Numbered from the stretch's first letter, positions 36,926 to 51,057 are shown. The stretch is DNA of 64,000 nucleotides from Mobula hypostoma (GCF_963921235.1 NC_086097.1:230828001-230892000); one strand, 5' to 3'. The notes: generated from the sequence alone by a model not told the origin. Numbers and translations are program-made.

Positions 36926-39131
36926 TTCTGAGCAGCTTGCCAAAGGCCTTCTGAAAATCCAAATATAAGACCATAAGATATAGGAGCAAAAGTAGACTAT
37001 TCAGCCCATCAAGTTTGCTCTGCCATTCAATCATGGGCTGATCCAATTCTTCCAGTCATCCCCACTCCCCTGCCTTCTCCCCATACCCTTTGATGCCCTG
37101 GCTAATCAAGAACCTATCCATCTCTGCCTTAAATACACCCAATAACTTGGCTTCCACAGCCGCTCGTGGCAACAAATTCCACAGATTTACCATCCTCTGA
37201 CTAAAGTAATTTCTCTGCATCTCAGTTCTAAATGGATGTCCTTCAATCCTGAAGTTGTGCCCTCTTGTCCTAGAATCCCCTACCATGGGAAATAACTTTG
37301 CCATGTCTAATCTGTTAAGGCCTTTTAAAATTCAGAATGTTTCTTTGAGATCCCCCCTCATTCTCCTGAACTCCAGGGAATACAGTCCAAGAGCTGCCAG
37401 ACATTCCTCATACAGTAACCCTTTCATTCCTGGAATCATTCTTGTGAATCTTCTCTGAACTCTCTCCAATGTCAGTATATTCTTTCTAAAATAAGGAGCC
37501 CAAAACTACACACAATTCACTGCAACATCCACTGCATTCCCTTTATCTATCCTACTTGTAACCTCCTCAAAGAATTCCAACAGGTTCGTCAGGCAAGATT
37601 TTTCCTGAAGGAAATCATGCTGACTTTGTCCTATCTTGTCCTGTGTCTCAAATACTCCATAACTTTATCCTTAACAATTGACTCCAGGGCTGGCTGATGG
37701 CACAATGACATTGGCGCCGGACCCGGGAGCGGAGGTTCCCGGGTTTGCAACTAGTCTGGTCCGCTCCCCAGTACGCTTTCCATCTGTGCCGGGTTGAGTG
37801 TCGAGATTGCAACTCGACCTTGTAAAATCAAGGGAAAATACTGCGAAAATGTCTGTTTGAGGAGTTGCGCACCACACAGTCTCTCTCTCCCTCGCTCCGC
37901 GCCTTGTAAAAGCCACGAAAAAGACATCATCACGGATGCACGCACGGACACGCAGATGCATATGCACAGACGGGCACGCACACACGTGCAAAAAAAAAAA
38001 TTGACTCCAACATTTTCCCACACACTGTCAGGCTAACTAGTCTATAATGTCCTTTCTGCTGCCTTCCTCCTTTCTTAATGAGTGGAATTTTCCAATTTGT
38101 AATTTTCCAGTCATCTGGAACCATGCCAGACTCCAATGATTCTTGAAAGATCATTACTAATGCCTCCACAAATCTCTACCACTACCTCTTTCAGAACCTT
38201 AGGGTGCATTTCATCTGGTCTGGGTGAATTATGTACATCTAGGTCTTTCACCTTTTTGAGCACCTTCTCCCTTGTAATAGTAATTGCACTCACTTCTCTT
38301 CCCTCACACCCTTCAATGTCTGGCACACTGCTAGTGTCTTCCACAGTGAAGACTGATGCAACATACTCATTTAGTTCCTCTGCCGTCTCCTTGTCCCCCG
38401 TTATTATTTCTCAGGCCTTATTTTTCTACTGGTCCTATATCCACTCTCAGCTCTCTTTTATTTTTTTATGTACTTGAGAAAGCTTTTCCTATCTGCCTTG
38501 ATACTGTTTGCTAGCTTGCTTTCATATTTCATCTTTTCCCTCCTAATGATTCTTTTAGTTGCTTTCTGTAGGTTTTTAAAAGCTTCCCAATCCTCTATCT
38601 TCTTGCGAATTTTTGCTTTGTTGTATGCCCTCTCTTTTGCTTTTACATTAGTTTTGACTTCCCTTGTCAGCCACAGATGTACTATTTTGCCATATGAGGA
38701 ATACATCTATTCTGCACCTTCTGTTTGGAGGCCTGTATATAACTGCCATCGGTGTCTTTTTACCCTTGCAGTTTCTAAACTCAACCCGCAAGGATTCTTC
38801 TGATCTTATGCCACATCTTTTTAATGATCTGATGCCATTCTTTACCAGCAGAGCCATGCCACCTTCTCTGCCTATCTTCCTAACCCTCCAATACAATGTA
38901 TAACCTTGGACATTCAGCTCCCAACTACAACCATCCTTCAGCCACAATTCAGAGATGGCCACAGCATCATACCCAGCAATTTGTAAAAGTGCAAAGAGAT
39001 CATCCATCTTATTTCTTATACTCTGTGCACTGAGATATAACACTTTTGAGTCCTGAATTTGCTACTCTATCTGATTCTGCATCCCTAATGCACCGATACT
39101 CACCCTGCTGGCTGCAATTTTGTCCTATCAT
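36926..39131 (-). mobile_element. CR1 fragments (3' end plus EN/RT linker)
   Basis: YLSAQSIRNK...AISELWL endonuclease N-terminus and PDDWKITN; tail at 36967. Confidence 0.85.
37687..38000 (+). mobile_element. tRNA-derived SINE with poly(A) tail
   Basis: A/B-box-like head, (GCAC)n repeats and a poly(A) tail; TSD AATTGACTCCA at 37676-37686 and 37999-38009. Confidence 0.8.
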
Positions 39132-41171
39132 ATAACCATATAACCATGTAACAATTACAGCACGGAAACAGGCCATCTTGGCCCTTCTAGTCTGTGCCGA
39201 ACTCTTACTCTCACCTAGTCCCACCAACCTGCACTCACCCCATAACCCTCCATTCCTTTCCAGTCCATATAGCTGTCCAATTTAACTTTAAATAACATCG
39301 AACCTGCCTCAACCACTTCTGCTGGAAGCTCGTTCCACACAGCTACCGCTCTCTGAGTAAAGAAGTTCCCCCTCATGTTACCCCTAAGCTTTTGCCCTTT
39401 AACTCTCAATTCATGTCCTCTTGTTTGAATCTCCCCCACTCTCAATGGAAAAAAGCCTATCCACGTTAACTCTATCTATCCCTCTCATAATCTTAAATAT
39501 CCCGATCAAGTCCCCCCTCAACCTTCTACGTTCCAAAGAATAAAGACCCAACTTGTTCAACCTTTCTTTGTAACTTAGGTGATGAAACCCAGGTAACATT
39601 CTAGTAAACCTTCTCTGTACTCTCTCTATTTTGTTGACATCTTTCCTATAATTTGGTGACCAAAACTGTACACAATACTCCAAATTTGGCCTCACCAATG
39701 CCTTGTATAATTTCAACATTACATCCCAACTCCTATACTCAATGCTCTGATTTATAAAGGCCAGCATACCAAAAGCTTTCTTCACCACCCTATCCACATG
39801 AGATTCCACCTTCAGGGAACTAAGCACCATTATTCCTAGATCCCTCTGTTCTACTGCATTATTCAATGCCCTACCATTTACCGTGTATGTCCTATTTTGA
39901 ATAGTCCTACCAAAATGTAGCACCTCACATTTTTCAGCATTAAACTCCAGCTGCCATCTTTCAGCCCACTCTTCTAACTGGCCTAAATCTCTCTGCAAGC
40001 TCTGAAAACCTACTTCATCATCCACAACTCCACCTCTCTTAGTATCATCTGCATACTTACTTATCCAATTTACCAACCAATCATCCAGATCATTAATGTA
40101 TATGACAAATAACATTGGACCCAGTACAGATCCCTGAGGCACACCACTAGTCACCGGCCTCCAATCTGACAAACAGTTTTCCACCACCACTCTCTGGCGT
40201 CTCCCATCCAGCCACTGCTGAATCCATTTTACTACTTCAATATTAATACCTAACGATTGAACCTTCCTAACCAACCTTCCGTGTGGGACCTTGTCAAAGG
40301 CCTTACTAAAGTCCATATAGACAACATCCATCAGTTCACCCTCGTCAACATTCCGAGAAACCTCTTCAAAAAATTTGATAAGATTTGTCAAACATGACCT
40401 TCCACGCACAAATCCATGTTGACTGTTCCTAATCAGACCCTGTCTATCCAGATAATTATATATACCATCTTTAAGAATACTTTCCATCAATTTACCCACC
40501 ACTGATGTCAAACTCACAGGCTGATAATTGCTAGGTTTATTCTTAGAACCCTTTTTAAACAATGGCACAACATGAGCAACACGCCAATCCTTTGGCACCA
40601 TCCCCGTTTCTAATGACATTTGAAATATTTCTGTCAGAGCCCTTGCTATTTCCACACTAACTTCCCTCAATGTCCTAGGGAATATCCTGTCAGGACCTGG
40701 AGACTTATCCACTTTTATATCCCTTAAAAGCTCCAGTACTACTACTTCTTTAATCATAATAGTTTCCATAACCTCCCTACCCATTTCCCTTATCTTACAC
40801 AGTTCAGTATCCTTCTCCTTAGTGAATACTGAAGAAAAGAAATTGTTAAGAATCTCCCCCATCTCTTTTGGCTCCACACATAGCTGTCCACTCTGATTCT
40901 CTAAGGGACCAATTTTATCCCTCACCATCCTTTTGCTATTTATATAATGGTAGAAACTCTTGGGATTTATTTTCACCTTACTTGCCAAAGCAACCTAATA
41001 TCTTCTTTTAGCTTTTCTAATTTCTTTATTAAGATTCTTTTTACGTTCTTTATATTCCCTGAGCACCTCATTTACTCCATGCTGTCTATATTTATTGTAG
41101 ATCTCTCTTTTTTTCCGAACCAAGTTTCCAACATCCCTTGAAAACCATGGCTCTCTCAAACTTTTAACCTT
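39132..41171 (-). mobile_element. CR1 LINE (second subfamily) with 525-aa open RT frame
   Basis: ORF 39411-40988 has FSKAFDKVPH, GVPQGSVLGP and KYADD; (ATATAACC)n tail; nested in an older CR1 with a short TCAT duplication. Confidence 0.92.
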
Positions 41172-43361
41172 TCATCTGCCTGTCCTTCCTGACAGTCTGA
41201 CTGCACACTATCTTTGCTTTTAACTTTTATCATCAAAGTACATATATGTCACCAAATACATCCAAATTAAAATTAATTTAGTCATGTGAGGCCACTAAGT
41301 GGAAACTCCAGAAAAGCCTCTACTGAATATCTTTGGTATTTCCTCAATAAATATATTACATCCAAAATTTTACACTTGACTGATTTAACTGCAGTATCAG
41401 CATTGACCCCTGCCCACTTTTTGAAGACAGTCAGAAGATATTCAATAAAAATCTTGCCCTTGTCCCCCACCTCCATAAAGAACAACTTTTCGATCCTCAA
41501 CAGAGCCATATGAGCAGAAATAGGCCACTCAACCCATCGAGTCTGCTCTACCATGGCTGATTTACCATCACTCTCAACTCCATTCTCCTAACCTCTCCCT
41601 GTAACCTTTGACGCCATTACTAATCAAGAACCTATTAACCTTTGCTTTAAATATACCCTCTCAAACTGCAGGGTGAATTCTATTATTCATTGCTTCCTAA
41701 GGGTTCCTTTACCTTAAGCTCACTTCTCAAATCTGGCTCACACAAAATCCAGTCCAGAATTGCCTTTTCCCTTATAAGCTGTTCTGAAAGGCCACCTCGT
41801 AGGCATTCTACAAATTCTGTCTGTTCGCATCCAATACAAACTGGATTTCTCTAATCTACTGCATATTGAAATTCCCCTGTGACTATCGCCCATTGTAATT
41901 TGTACCCCACATCCTGACTGCTGCTTGGAGCTCTGTATTTATACTCCCATCAGCATCTTTTGACCTTTGTAGTTTCTTAACTACCCACAAGACTCTTACG
42001 TCTCCGGATCCCATGTCACCTCATTCTAAGGACTTGATTTCATTACTGTATTTACCAACAGAGCCATCCCACCCCTCTGCCTATCTGCCTGTTCTTTCGA
42101 TACAACGTGCATCCTTGGATACAGCCAACCCTTTCCATAATTATTCTGTCGTCCTCTTGCTTTTTATGGAATTATAAAACTTCCTTTGGCTTTCTCTGAT
42201 TTTACATTACTCATAGCTTTGTCTTTTTTCATAACAATGCTAATTAAATTATAATCATAACTACAGAGCTTTGCTCTGATTTAGAACTTGAAGCTATATC
42301 CACATTTGTCAGGCTTGCTATGTACTGGTTAATAAAGTTCTCTTAAATTTTGTGCGTTTCCACTTCTTACATTGATTAGACCCCAGCTAATATTAAGGAG
42401 CTACTTAACATATTCTTCTCCACCATTCATATTTTCTTGTCTATGTCACAGGTGGGAACAATCAGTCATGTGTCAGACTTTTATTATAATTTTCCTGCCA
42501 GCCATAGCATATTTTTCTGAGCGTATTCTAATGGGAACAAATTTCAGAAGTACTTGTAATTAAATCAATCATTTACACAGTACAAAAGGAATTTAATTAT
42601 CTTTTTTATCCTTTAAGTTTATTGTTTGGTAATTAACCTGAACATTAAAATTATTCTTAATTGGGACTTCTGTTGACATCAATGCAAATATTAATGAACA
42701 GACTCAATTGTTTGAACAGCATTAAAGTCAAATATATAATTCAGGAAAATATTAATTACACACAATGCATATCTTATATGTACACAAGGAATAGAAAAAC
42801 ACACAAAAGTCATGAAAATGCATTGTTGCAATGTTTATATTAATGAATTTTAAATAGTAATTAAATAGGACATAATCTCCCCCTTCTATTGTTCATCAAT
42901 CTTCCCTGTACATCTTATATATGCTTAAATTGCAATTATTTTTGTGTACAATTTTATGGTAATTAATGGGAGATAATTTGCCACTGAAGCTGTAATAAAT
43001 GACAAATAATCACATATGTTCATTTCTAGCAGGACCGAAACAAGGAATAAGGATCTATATTCAGCTTTATGTCATAGCTTGCTAACCTGAGGGCTTACTG
43101 CAATATCTTCATGAATGACACTGGTTGTCTCAGTAAAGGGACTGATCCTGGGACATTACAGCTCCGTTAATGGCTGCTTAACTTCCTGCAGTGATTTTTT
43201 AATGTCACCATACCATATTGTGTAAAGTAGGTGCAGTGACACTCATTATGAATGGATTATAATCTGTTAACGGAAAAATGATTTTATATTCCCCGTCAGG
43301 GAAAACACCTTAATGCTTCCCCAGTAACTACGTGGAATAATGTTCCTCAACATCCTTTAGC

Positions 43362-43444
43362 CAAGAGGTTCCCAACTTGGGCTCTGCAGACCCCTTGGTT
43401 AACGGTAGGAGTCCATGGCATAAAAAAAAAGTTGGGAATACTTG
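43362..43444. mobile_element. hAT-type MITE
   Basis: GAGGTTCCCAAC...GTTGGGAA TIRs; matches the other ~80-bp copies. Confidence 0.7.
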
Positions 43445-44025
43445 CTCACTGGCTATTTTGGCTGTCTGAACTCGTGTAAGGTTATATTTTAGACAGAGAG
43501 AAAAAAAGCTCTAAATTGAGGATTTCTGGAAATACTATCTTTGGCATTTGGAAGAGATAATTCTGTCTGCCAAATGATCAATCTGTTGCCACATCTAAGC
43601 TCACAAAATAAATCTATCCTGCAGAAAATCTTTTACTGTCTACAAATTTGTATGAATAATGTGCTCATAAATAAATTAGGTTCTGTGATTCTGAATTGTA
43701 CTCGGGATTCATACATTCTCATGTTACTTCCACATGTTCGTTTTACTTCTGCTGTCTCTGGTCTCACTGATTATAATTGTTGTATTTCCACAAATACTTA
43801 TGTAAACTTAAAAAATGATGCACTGTGAATTATTCAAACATAATTACGACACTGAACATTGCCACTACCTAAAAGATTTTGGATTCAGAAATTCCATCAT
43901 GGAGATCCATGTCCCAGTCAAAAAAGATAGGAGGTTTTCCTTTTCTCATTCAGTGAGATAAGTAACTGATAAGCAACTGGAATTCATTTTGCAGGTACCC
44001 TAGTTTCTGACAGAATTTTCTAATA

Positions 44026-44826
44026 CAACGGATTCCAGTTAATTGGGCCATCGGTTAATTGGGGCAGCCACTTACTTGGGACAACTCTTAAAAGAACAAA
44101 AACTAATTGAGGAAATAGCAAGAATCCCTTCATTTATATGGGACACTGTGCTGCTTAATTGGGACAGGAACTGTTGCCGAACAGTTTCTAATTAGTATCA
44201 GTCGTGTGCACTAGTGTGGCCGTTAAGACACTACACCGTGCTTAGAGCAGTTTTTAAATAGCTTCACTTGGTTGTGTTTGTGTTCAAAAAGTAGTGATCT
44301 TTGTTACTGATGGTTGGTGAGTTGCAAGCAGTAAGACAGTTGTGGTTTCAAACATTCAGGCTTCAAGATGCCAGAAATGGCTGGGAATGAAAATGAAACA
44401 ATTTTGTTACTTCAACAAGTTAGGGACTATGAAGGATTTGAATGTACTGACAATCATCTTGAATGTTATAATGAAAAGGGAGATTTGGAGGATGCAATCT
44501 TCGAAAGCATGATATGAAGGCAGTCCATTATCTGCACCAGGTGTCTGCACTGATGTTGTTCATTTACAGTTGATCGAAAGAACATGGCAGCACAAACTGA
44601 GTGAATTTCTTTGTGGATAACTAGTGGGAATTAATACACAGTTTTATAATAATGTAGTAGTTTTGATAGTATTCTTAATTGTTCAGTATTTCAATTAAAT
44701 ACATAACTTGTTATTCAGTTTGTCGTTTATACAGTATACCTTTTTAACAATTTCCAAGAAACTTCAGCTAATTGGAGCAGCAGCTTAATTAGGCCACAAT
44801 GTATCCCAATTAACCAGAGTCTGCTG
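44026..44826. mobile_element. Tigger/pogo-like non-autonomous DNA transposon
   Basis: TA flanks and imperfect TIRs CAACGGATTCCAGTTAATTGGG / CCCAATTAACCAGAGTCTGCTG. Confidence 0.75.
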
Positions 44827-45223
44827 TATTCATTTGTAGTGATCAATGTATTTACCATATAGAAAGAGGTAGAAAGATTACCTTTACATGCATCAGGTAA
44901 TATGTATCAGATAATAAAACGAAATAAATACATCAACTTAAGTTGATGATAAATTCCAGAAGTAGTTCCCAGGTTCTTAATATTAAAATGATTTGTTCAG
45001 AAATTAGAACGTATGCCTGAAATAAAGGTGCAAATTGAAAATTCCAGGTACATTTACAATTAAAATACACAGTCATTTGTGTCTCTGTTGAAAGTAATAC
45101 GTTTGAAATGAAAATCAAATTAGCAGGCAAAAGCCTGGCTTATATCACAGTAGCCATGCCAGCTCAATACTATGACAGTCAGCCAATAAGGTGGCAGAAA
45201 CTGGGGGTTTCATTTTTTTTTAC

Positions 45224-45286
45224 CTCTTCTTTAAAGATTTTTGCTTGTAGTTCACAACCAGGGAGAGTCTGCACAAAGTCTGCAAC
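45224..45286 (-). CDS. L3MBTL4: L3MBTL-family penultimate exon (SAM domain)
   Basis: 63 nt encoding VADFVQTLPGCELQAKIFKEE, with CAG acceptor and GTAAA donor, phase 0-0, in frame with both neighbouring exons. Confidence 0.9.
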
Positions 45287-45529
45287 CTGAATATAAAACA
45301 GAAAAGGAATATTTATTTCAAAATATGAAACAAGATTGGTTGTATTGTCTCTGGACATCTATGATTTCCACGATGTTTTGTTGTTGACGAAGTATTTCTG
45401 AAATGTTTGTCAGCTTTGAAGGAAGTATAGGAGTGGATATGTGTACAGTTCGGATCTACCAGGAGCAATGGATGGTAACCATCTCACTTGTTTATAGTTG
45501 CTGGTTGAGAAATGATCACTGAATAGAAA

Positions 45530-46260
45530 TGGTGATTAAAGCATTCCTCTTCACTGTAATTAGCAGAGTTCCACAGGGATCTGTGCTGGAACTTCTGCTG
45601 TTTGTGATGTATAGATATATGACCTGGATGAAAATGTGGATGGGTGGTTAGTAAGTTTATGGATGATACCAAGACTGGTGGAGTTGGGAGTACTGTAGAA
45701 GACTGACAAAGAATACTGTGCAATATAGATCAGTTGCAGATGTGGGCAGAGAAGTGGCAGATGGAGTTTATCCCAAATAAATGTGAGGTCTTGTAGGGCA
45801 AATGCAAAGAATAGTACAAGACCTTTTACAGTGTTGCTGAGTAGAGAGGTCTTGGGGTCCAAGTTCTTAGCTCCATGAATGCGGCTACACAAGTCGAGAA
45901 TATGGTTAAGGAGGCTTATGGAATGCTTGCTTGTACTAGTTAGGCATTGAGTTCAAAAGTCAAGAGGTTATGTTGCAATTTTATAAAACTCTAGTTAGGC
46001 TGCACCTGGAGTATTGCATACAGTTCTGGTCACCCTGCTATGGGAAGGACGTTGAGGCTTTGGAGAGGGTGCTGAAGGGGTTTACCAGGGTGCTGCCTGG
46101 TATTGAGGGCATGTAGTATCATGAGAGGCTGGACAAACTTTGGATGTTTTCCTTGGAACAGCGGAGGCTGAGGGGGAGATCTGATACAGGCTTATAAGAT
46201 TTTATGAGAGGCATAGCTGGAGTAGACAGGTAGTATCTTTTTCCCAGGTTAGAAATGTCT
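45530..46260 (+). mobile_element. Old CR1 RT/3' fragment
   Basis: Degenerate GTTCCACAGGGATCTGTGCTGG and GCACCTGGAGTATTGCATACAGTTCTGG. Confidence 0.8.
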
Positions 46261-47030
46261 TCTGCTTCAGCAGGCATATTAATGATACTGATATATAATA
46301 TTGAAAAAGTCAGACTCCTGAAATTTAGAGTTTAAAGGATAGTTGATTTTGGAGAATATGGAATCCTGCAGTTACCATCCCAGAAAAGCATCTTGCTCGC
46401 ATTAGGCTCCACCTTTTCTGATAAGACACAGCAGTGTGTTAGCAGTCATGCAAAATGTATTTCAGTGATGTGCATATCACGGATGGATTGCAAGTTATGG
46501 GGACCCAAGGCTAATAAAATATGCAGATGAGATAAACCTGCAATTATTAGGCTGGGATTCTCATTGGTTGAGATCACAGGTGGTGGATGAAGGGAATTCG
46601 TTTAATTAAGAGCGAGACTAGAAATGGTTTGTGAAATAAAACGTTGTCTAATGCATTCGTTGCCATTGACCACTCAATGAACTCCTTCCTACAGGATAAA
46701 AATGATTAATGGAGAAATGATACTTCTGTTTCTGAGGGTTGATGTACATAACTGATGACAACGAATGGAAATGAATTGAAGATGACCTACTGTTGCAACG
46801 CAGGAAGCACAAACCACATGTTGCTCAGACTGAAATTAAATAGAAGGGCATCCCCTAGAGATTTTTGCATAATGATATTCTGACTTTTACTCAAGATATG
46901 TTGAGAGACAACACAGAATAAATTCATTTTAAAGACATCAGATTATTATTTTTTGCTGAGAATATAGATTTATTATGCTTTTTGTCTTTGTGGTGTGAGG
47001 ACAAATTTACAATGTAAGCACAATATAGTG

Positions 47031-47384
47031 CAGGGGTTTCCCACCTTTTTTATGCCGTGGACCAATGCCATTAAGTGTGTCGTCCATCGTCAACGTTGAT
47101 GAGGACCTCGACACCATAATGATGGTGTCGAGACTAGCGCGTGATTTGGATTTAAGTGAGGGAGAGTTGCGTAGCATCAGCCTCACTCTCTCTTCCCAAT
47201 TCCCATCTGGATCCAGTGGCAAGACAGAGTCGAGACGGCTGGAGATGGGACTAGGTGCAGTGGATGACCAGGACGTCTTCTGTGTCTTGTCCTGCTCCAC
47301 ACGTTCCACGACGCTTGCAGAGACCGCCTTCTTGACCGTTGCCATTAAGTAAGGGATATGTGGACCCCAGGTTGGGAACCCCCG
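47031..47384. mobile_element. hAT MITE split by a retroposon
   Basis: TIRs CAGGGGTTTCCCACC / GGTTGGGAACCCCCG; 8-bp TSD ATATAGTG/CTATAGTG. Confidence 0.8.
47077..47339 (-). mobile_element. 5'-truncated copy of the 29035-29600 retroposon
   Basis: Reverse complement of about 29334-29592; TSD TGCCATTAAGT at 47066-47076 and 47340-47350. Confidence 0.9.
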
Positions 47385-47667
47385 CTATAGTGAAATAAAA
47401 CTGACTAGGAAGGCCTCAAAACTTAGTGGGATAGAAAACAGGCCCTTCCATCCAGCTCATCCAAGTTGCCGACCTGAGTTAGTCACAGTTGTCTGCATTT
47501 GCCCCGTTGTCCCCGCTAACCTTTTCTGAGCAGCGTCTGGAAGTTAGCAGCCAAGAAACTTGTATAAATATTTTTCACCAGCTTGACTGACCAAACTGTC
47601 AGTGGGCAAACTGTAGAAGTTGTTAGAGTTCAGGAACTGTTGTACTTAACAGTTGGACCAATGTGGA

Positions 47668-48195
47668 TAGTTATAGTTATAGTCATACTTTATTGATCCC
47701 GAGGGAAACTGATTTTCGTTACAGTTGCCCCAACCAAGAATAGAGTATAAATATAGCAATATAAAACCATAAATAATTAAATAGTAATATGTAAATTATG
47801 CCCGGAAATAAGTCCAGGACCAGCCTATTGGCTCAGGGTGCCTGACCCTCCGAGGGAGGAGTTGTAAAGTTTGATGGCCACAGGCAGGAATGACTTCCTA
47901 TGACGCTCTATGCTGCATCTTGGAGGAATGGGTCTCTGGCTGAATGTACTCCTGTGCCCAACCAGTACATTATGTAGTGGATGGGAGACATTGTCCAAGA
48001 TGGCATGCAACTTGGACAGCATCCTCTTTTCAGACACCACCGTCAGAGAGTCCAGTTCCATCCCCACAACATCACTGGCCTTACAAATGAGTTTGTTGAT
48101 TCTGTTGGTGTCTGCTACCCTCAGCCTGCTGCCCCAGCACACAACAGCAAACATGATAGCACTGGCCACCACAGACTCGTAGAACATCCTCAGTA
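47668..48195 (-). mobile_element. Rex1-like LINE 3' end
   Basis: FYESVVASAIMFAVVCWGS...HPLH...RKSFLPVAIKLYN; (TAACTA)n tail. Confidence 0.85.
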
Positions 48196-51057
48196 TCATC
48201 CGTACAGTATATATAGGTTAGATTGATCATTTGTACTGGTGACTGGTGTGTGTGGGGGATGGCGAAAGAATGGGAGTATAGATGATCAGTCTTTTCTTAG
48301 GGAACGCAAATCTAAAATTAGAGGACATAGATATAAGGTGAAAGTGGAAATATTTAAAGGTAATCTGAGGGGCAACTTTTTCCACGTAGGAGGGGATGAA
48401 TATGTGAAATAAGCTGTTTGCTGTGAGTACAATTACAAATTTAGAAGACATTTGGACAGATAGCTGGATAGGAAAGGGCTAGAGGGAATACAGGACCAAA
48501 TGCAGGCAACTGGGACTAATTCAGATAGACATCTTGGATGAGTTGGGTTGAAGGTCCTATTTCTATTTAATTCTGTGCCACAATCAAGAGAAAGATGGAA
48601 GCACAGAGATGGTCCTCTACAGATGGCACAGTTGCTTGGGATGATTTGCTGAAGATCATTGATACACATGGCAATAATCAACCAATACTTCTCCCAGGTC
48701 ATCCCCTCAGCCTCCAGCATTCCAGAGGGGAAAATACAAGTCTTTCCAATTGCCCCTTGCTCCTACTCTCTAACCCAGACAACATCCTGGTGACTCTTTT
48801 GAACCCTCTCTAAAACCTTCACGTCTTTCCTGTAACGCAGTATCTGAACTCCACATGTACTCCAAAGATGAATTAACCAGAGCAACTTCCTGACCTTTCT
48901 ATTCAATGCCCTGATCAAAAAGGTAAGTCATCTTCTTTACCACCCTGAGGCCAGTTGCACGGAACATCAAATTCTCCATTCACACAAGTCTAGTTAGATA
49001 CCGCTCCTCAGTCTCTCCAATCACACGTCTAGTTATATACCTCACCTCAGTCTCCCCCATGTGTCAAAGTATCATAGATGCATACAGTACTGAAAAAGAC
49101 CTTTCAGCCACCGTCTGCACTGTCTTTAAGCATATAGTTACATTAATCCTATATTAATATTAGTTTATTCTTCCCACATTCCCATTTATGGCCACCAGAT
49201 TCTACTCCTGGTCTACACACTAGGGACAATTTGCAGTGACCAATGAACCTTTCATTGAATCTTTGGCGTATAGGAGGAAACTGGAGAATTCAGAGACTCA
49301 CCACTTTAACATGTGGTCAGGCCATGAAATCTAGAAAGGGAAAAGAAGGGTCTCAGCCCAAACATCAACTGTTTATTCCCTCCATAGATACCGCCCGACT
49401 TGCTGAGTTCCCCTAGCATTTTCTAAATTGTGTGTTGCGCGTGTAAGTTATAGTTCACTCAAAAGACATTCATTTCCTATCTGTCCTTACCCCCTCACCT
49501 CCTCAAGTATCCAATATGATGCCACCCAGTCTGATGGCAGAGTTGGACTGTCAAAGTTGCACTTGGACCAGTATCTGGCACTGCCCATTTGGACTTTAGT
49601 ATGTTACGATCATCACCCTTGAGTAAGTCAGGTTGTAGTGAGGATCTGAGCAGCCTGCTGCAAAGGACTGAGCGTGTATGGTAGAGTAAATCCCTGCAGC
49701 TTACATTGGGCACAGCAGAAACTGTTCACTTCCCTGGTCTTTCACTGGATTGCCTTAAACTTATTAGACTACACCATTTCCCTGCAAATATTGATCACCA
49801 GGAAGCAGCTCATCTTTTCAACTGTTTGTAGATTGATGGGAAGACATGAACTTGTGGGACCAGTAGGGAATTAATAATAGGTAGTTGACTGGTTTTGGTT
49901 CAATACTTTGTTTCAACTGCATTGGGAAGTGAAACACTGTGATTAGTTTTGACGTCAGCCGAAGGCAGTAATTTGAAAGGCTGGCTCAACATCTTGACAA
50001 ATGCAGGAGATGAGACAAAGTCGTCCTCCGTGCTTGACAGTGGTTTGAAAGTAAGAGCAAATATGTGAGCCACAACCCTTCCCATGGCGGCTGAAGATCC
50101 TCCTGCCAGTTGGTGGATGGAACAGACTCCATTTCCCAACCTCTGGTGGGTCTCAGCCTGGGCTCATTGATGCCTCAGCCAGAAGCTGGTTTTACCACTC
50201 AGAGAGCTAATGAGTTAAATTATTTTCTATTTGCTTACAGGGCAGGGGGCTTGGTGGTGGAGAGCTTCTTTTTTGAACCACTTTTAAGTATTTCTGATCA
50301 AAGTACAGTGCAATGGCCAGAAAGTAAGGAGTTCACCATGTAGTCATGATGAGAAAAACAATGGAGGAATTTTTTTTCTTATTCATTATAAGCCTGTTTA
50401 ATATGAAGAAATTTAGTATGATGAAGTCGATGTCTATCAATCTAAACTCCAAACAGTGCCTACTTCTTAAGTGTTAATGGAGTTGTCTCCTCCCATCCCA
50501 CCACACTCCTGACATGCCTGTAGAAGATGGAAAAGCTTTTCGGGAGTCTTCTGAAAAGTCTCTGGCTCCAAACATCCAGGCTCTGGCCTGCTTTTTGAGC
50601 CACAGTGTGAGCAATTGTACAAGCAATGTCAACCATGCACAGTCCCTTGACATAATCGTCATTGCCAGTACTATAACTCAGATTATCAATATTATAGCTG
50701 CAATTTACGATACTAATGTGGTCTGACAATGTTTGTTGAAAAATTGTCAGCTTCACATTAATGAAATTGACATTCGCACCTTCAACTAAATTGCCATCAA
50801 TCAATGATATCAACAAAGCAATTCTATCAATGTCAAAACGTCAACTCAGTGTCAGAATTCTGTTCACTTGCTAATGTGATATATTTCAGAAAACAAACAT
50901 AATAACACCATCAATAAACAAGTCCACGTTTAACCCTCAATTCACGCATTTCACTCATCGTGTAACATGAAGTTATTTTGAATAATGAGGTTTCAAAGTG
51001 ATGTTATTGATTACCGAATGGAGCTGTGTGGGAGATATAACCATTCACATTCCATGT

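Noticed and set aside
39411..40988. 525-aa RT ORF as a functional or domesticated gene
   Set aside because: It is a 5'-truncated CR1 lacking the endonuclease, with a frameshift near the C-terminus.
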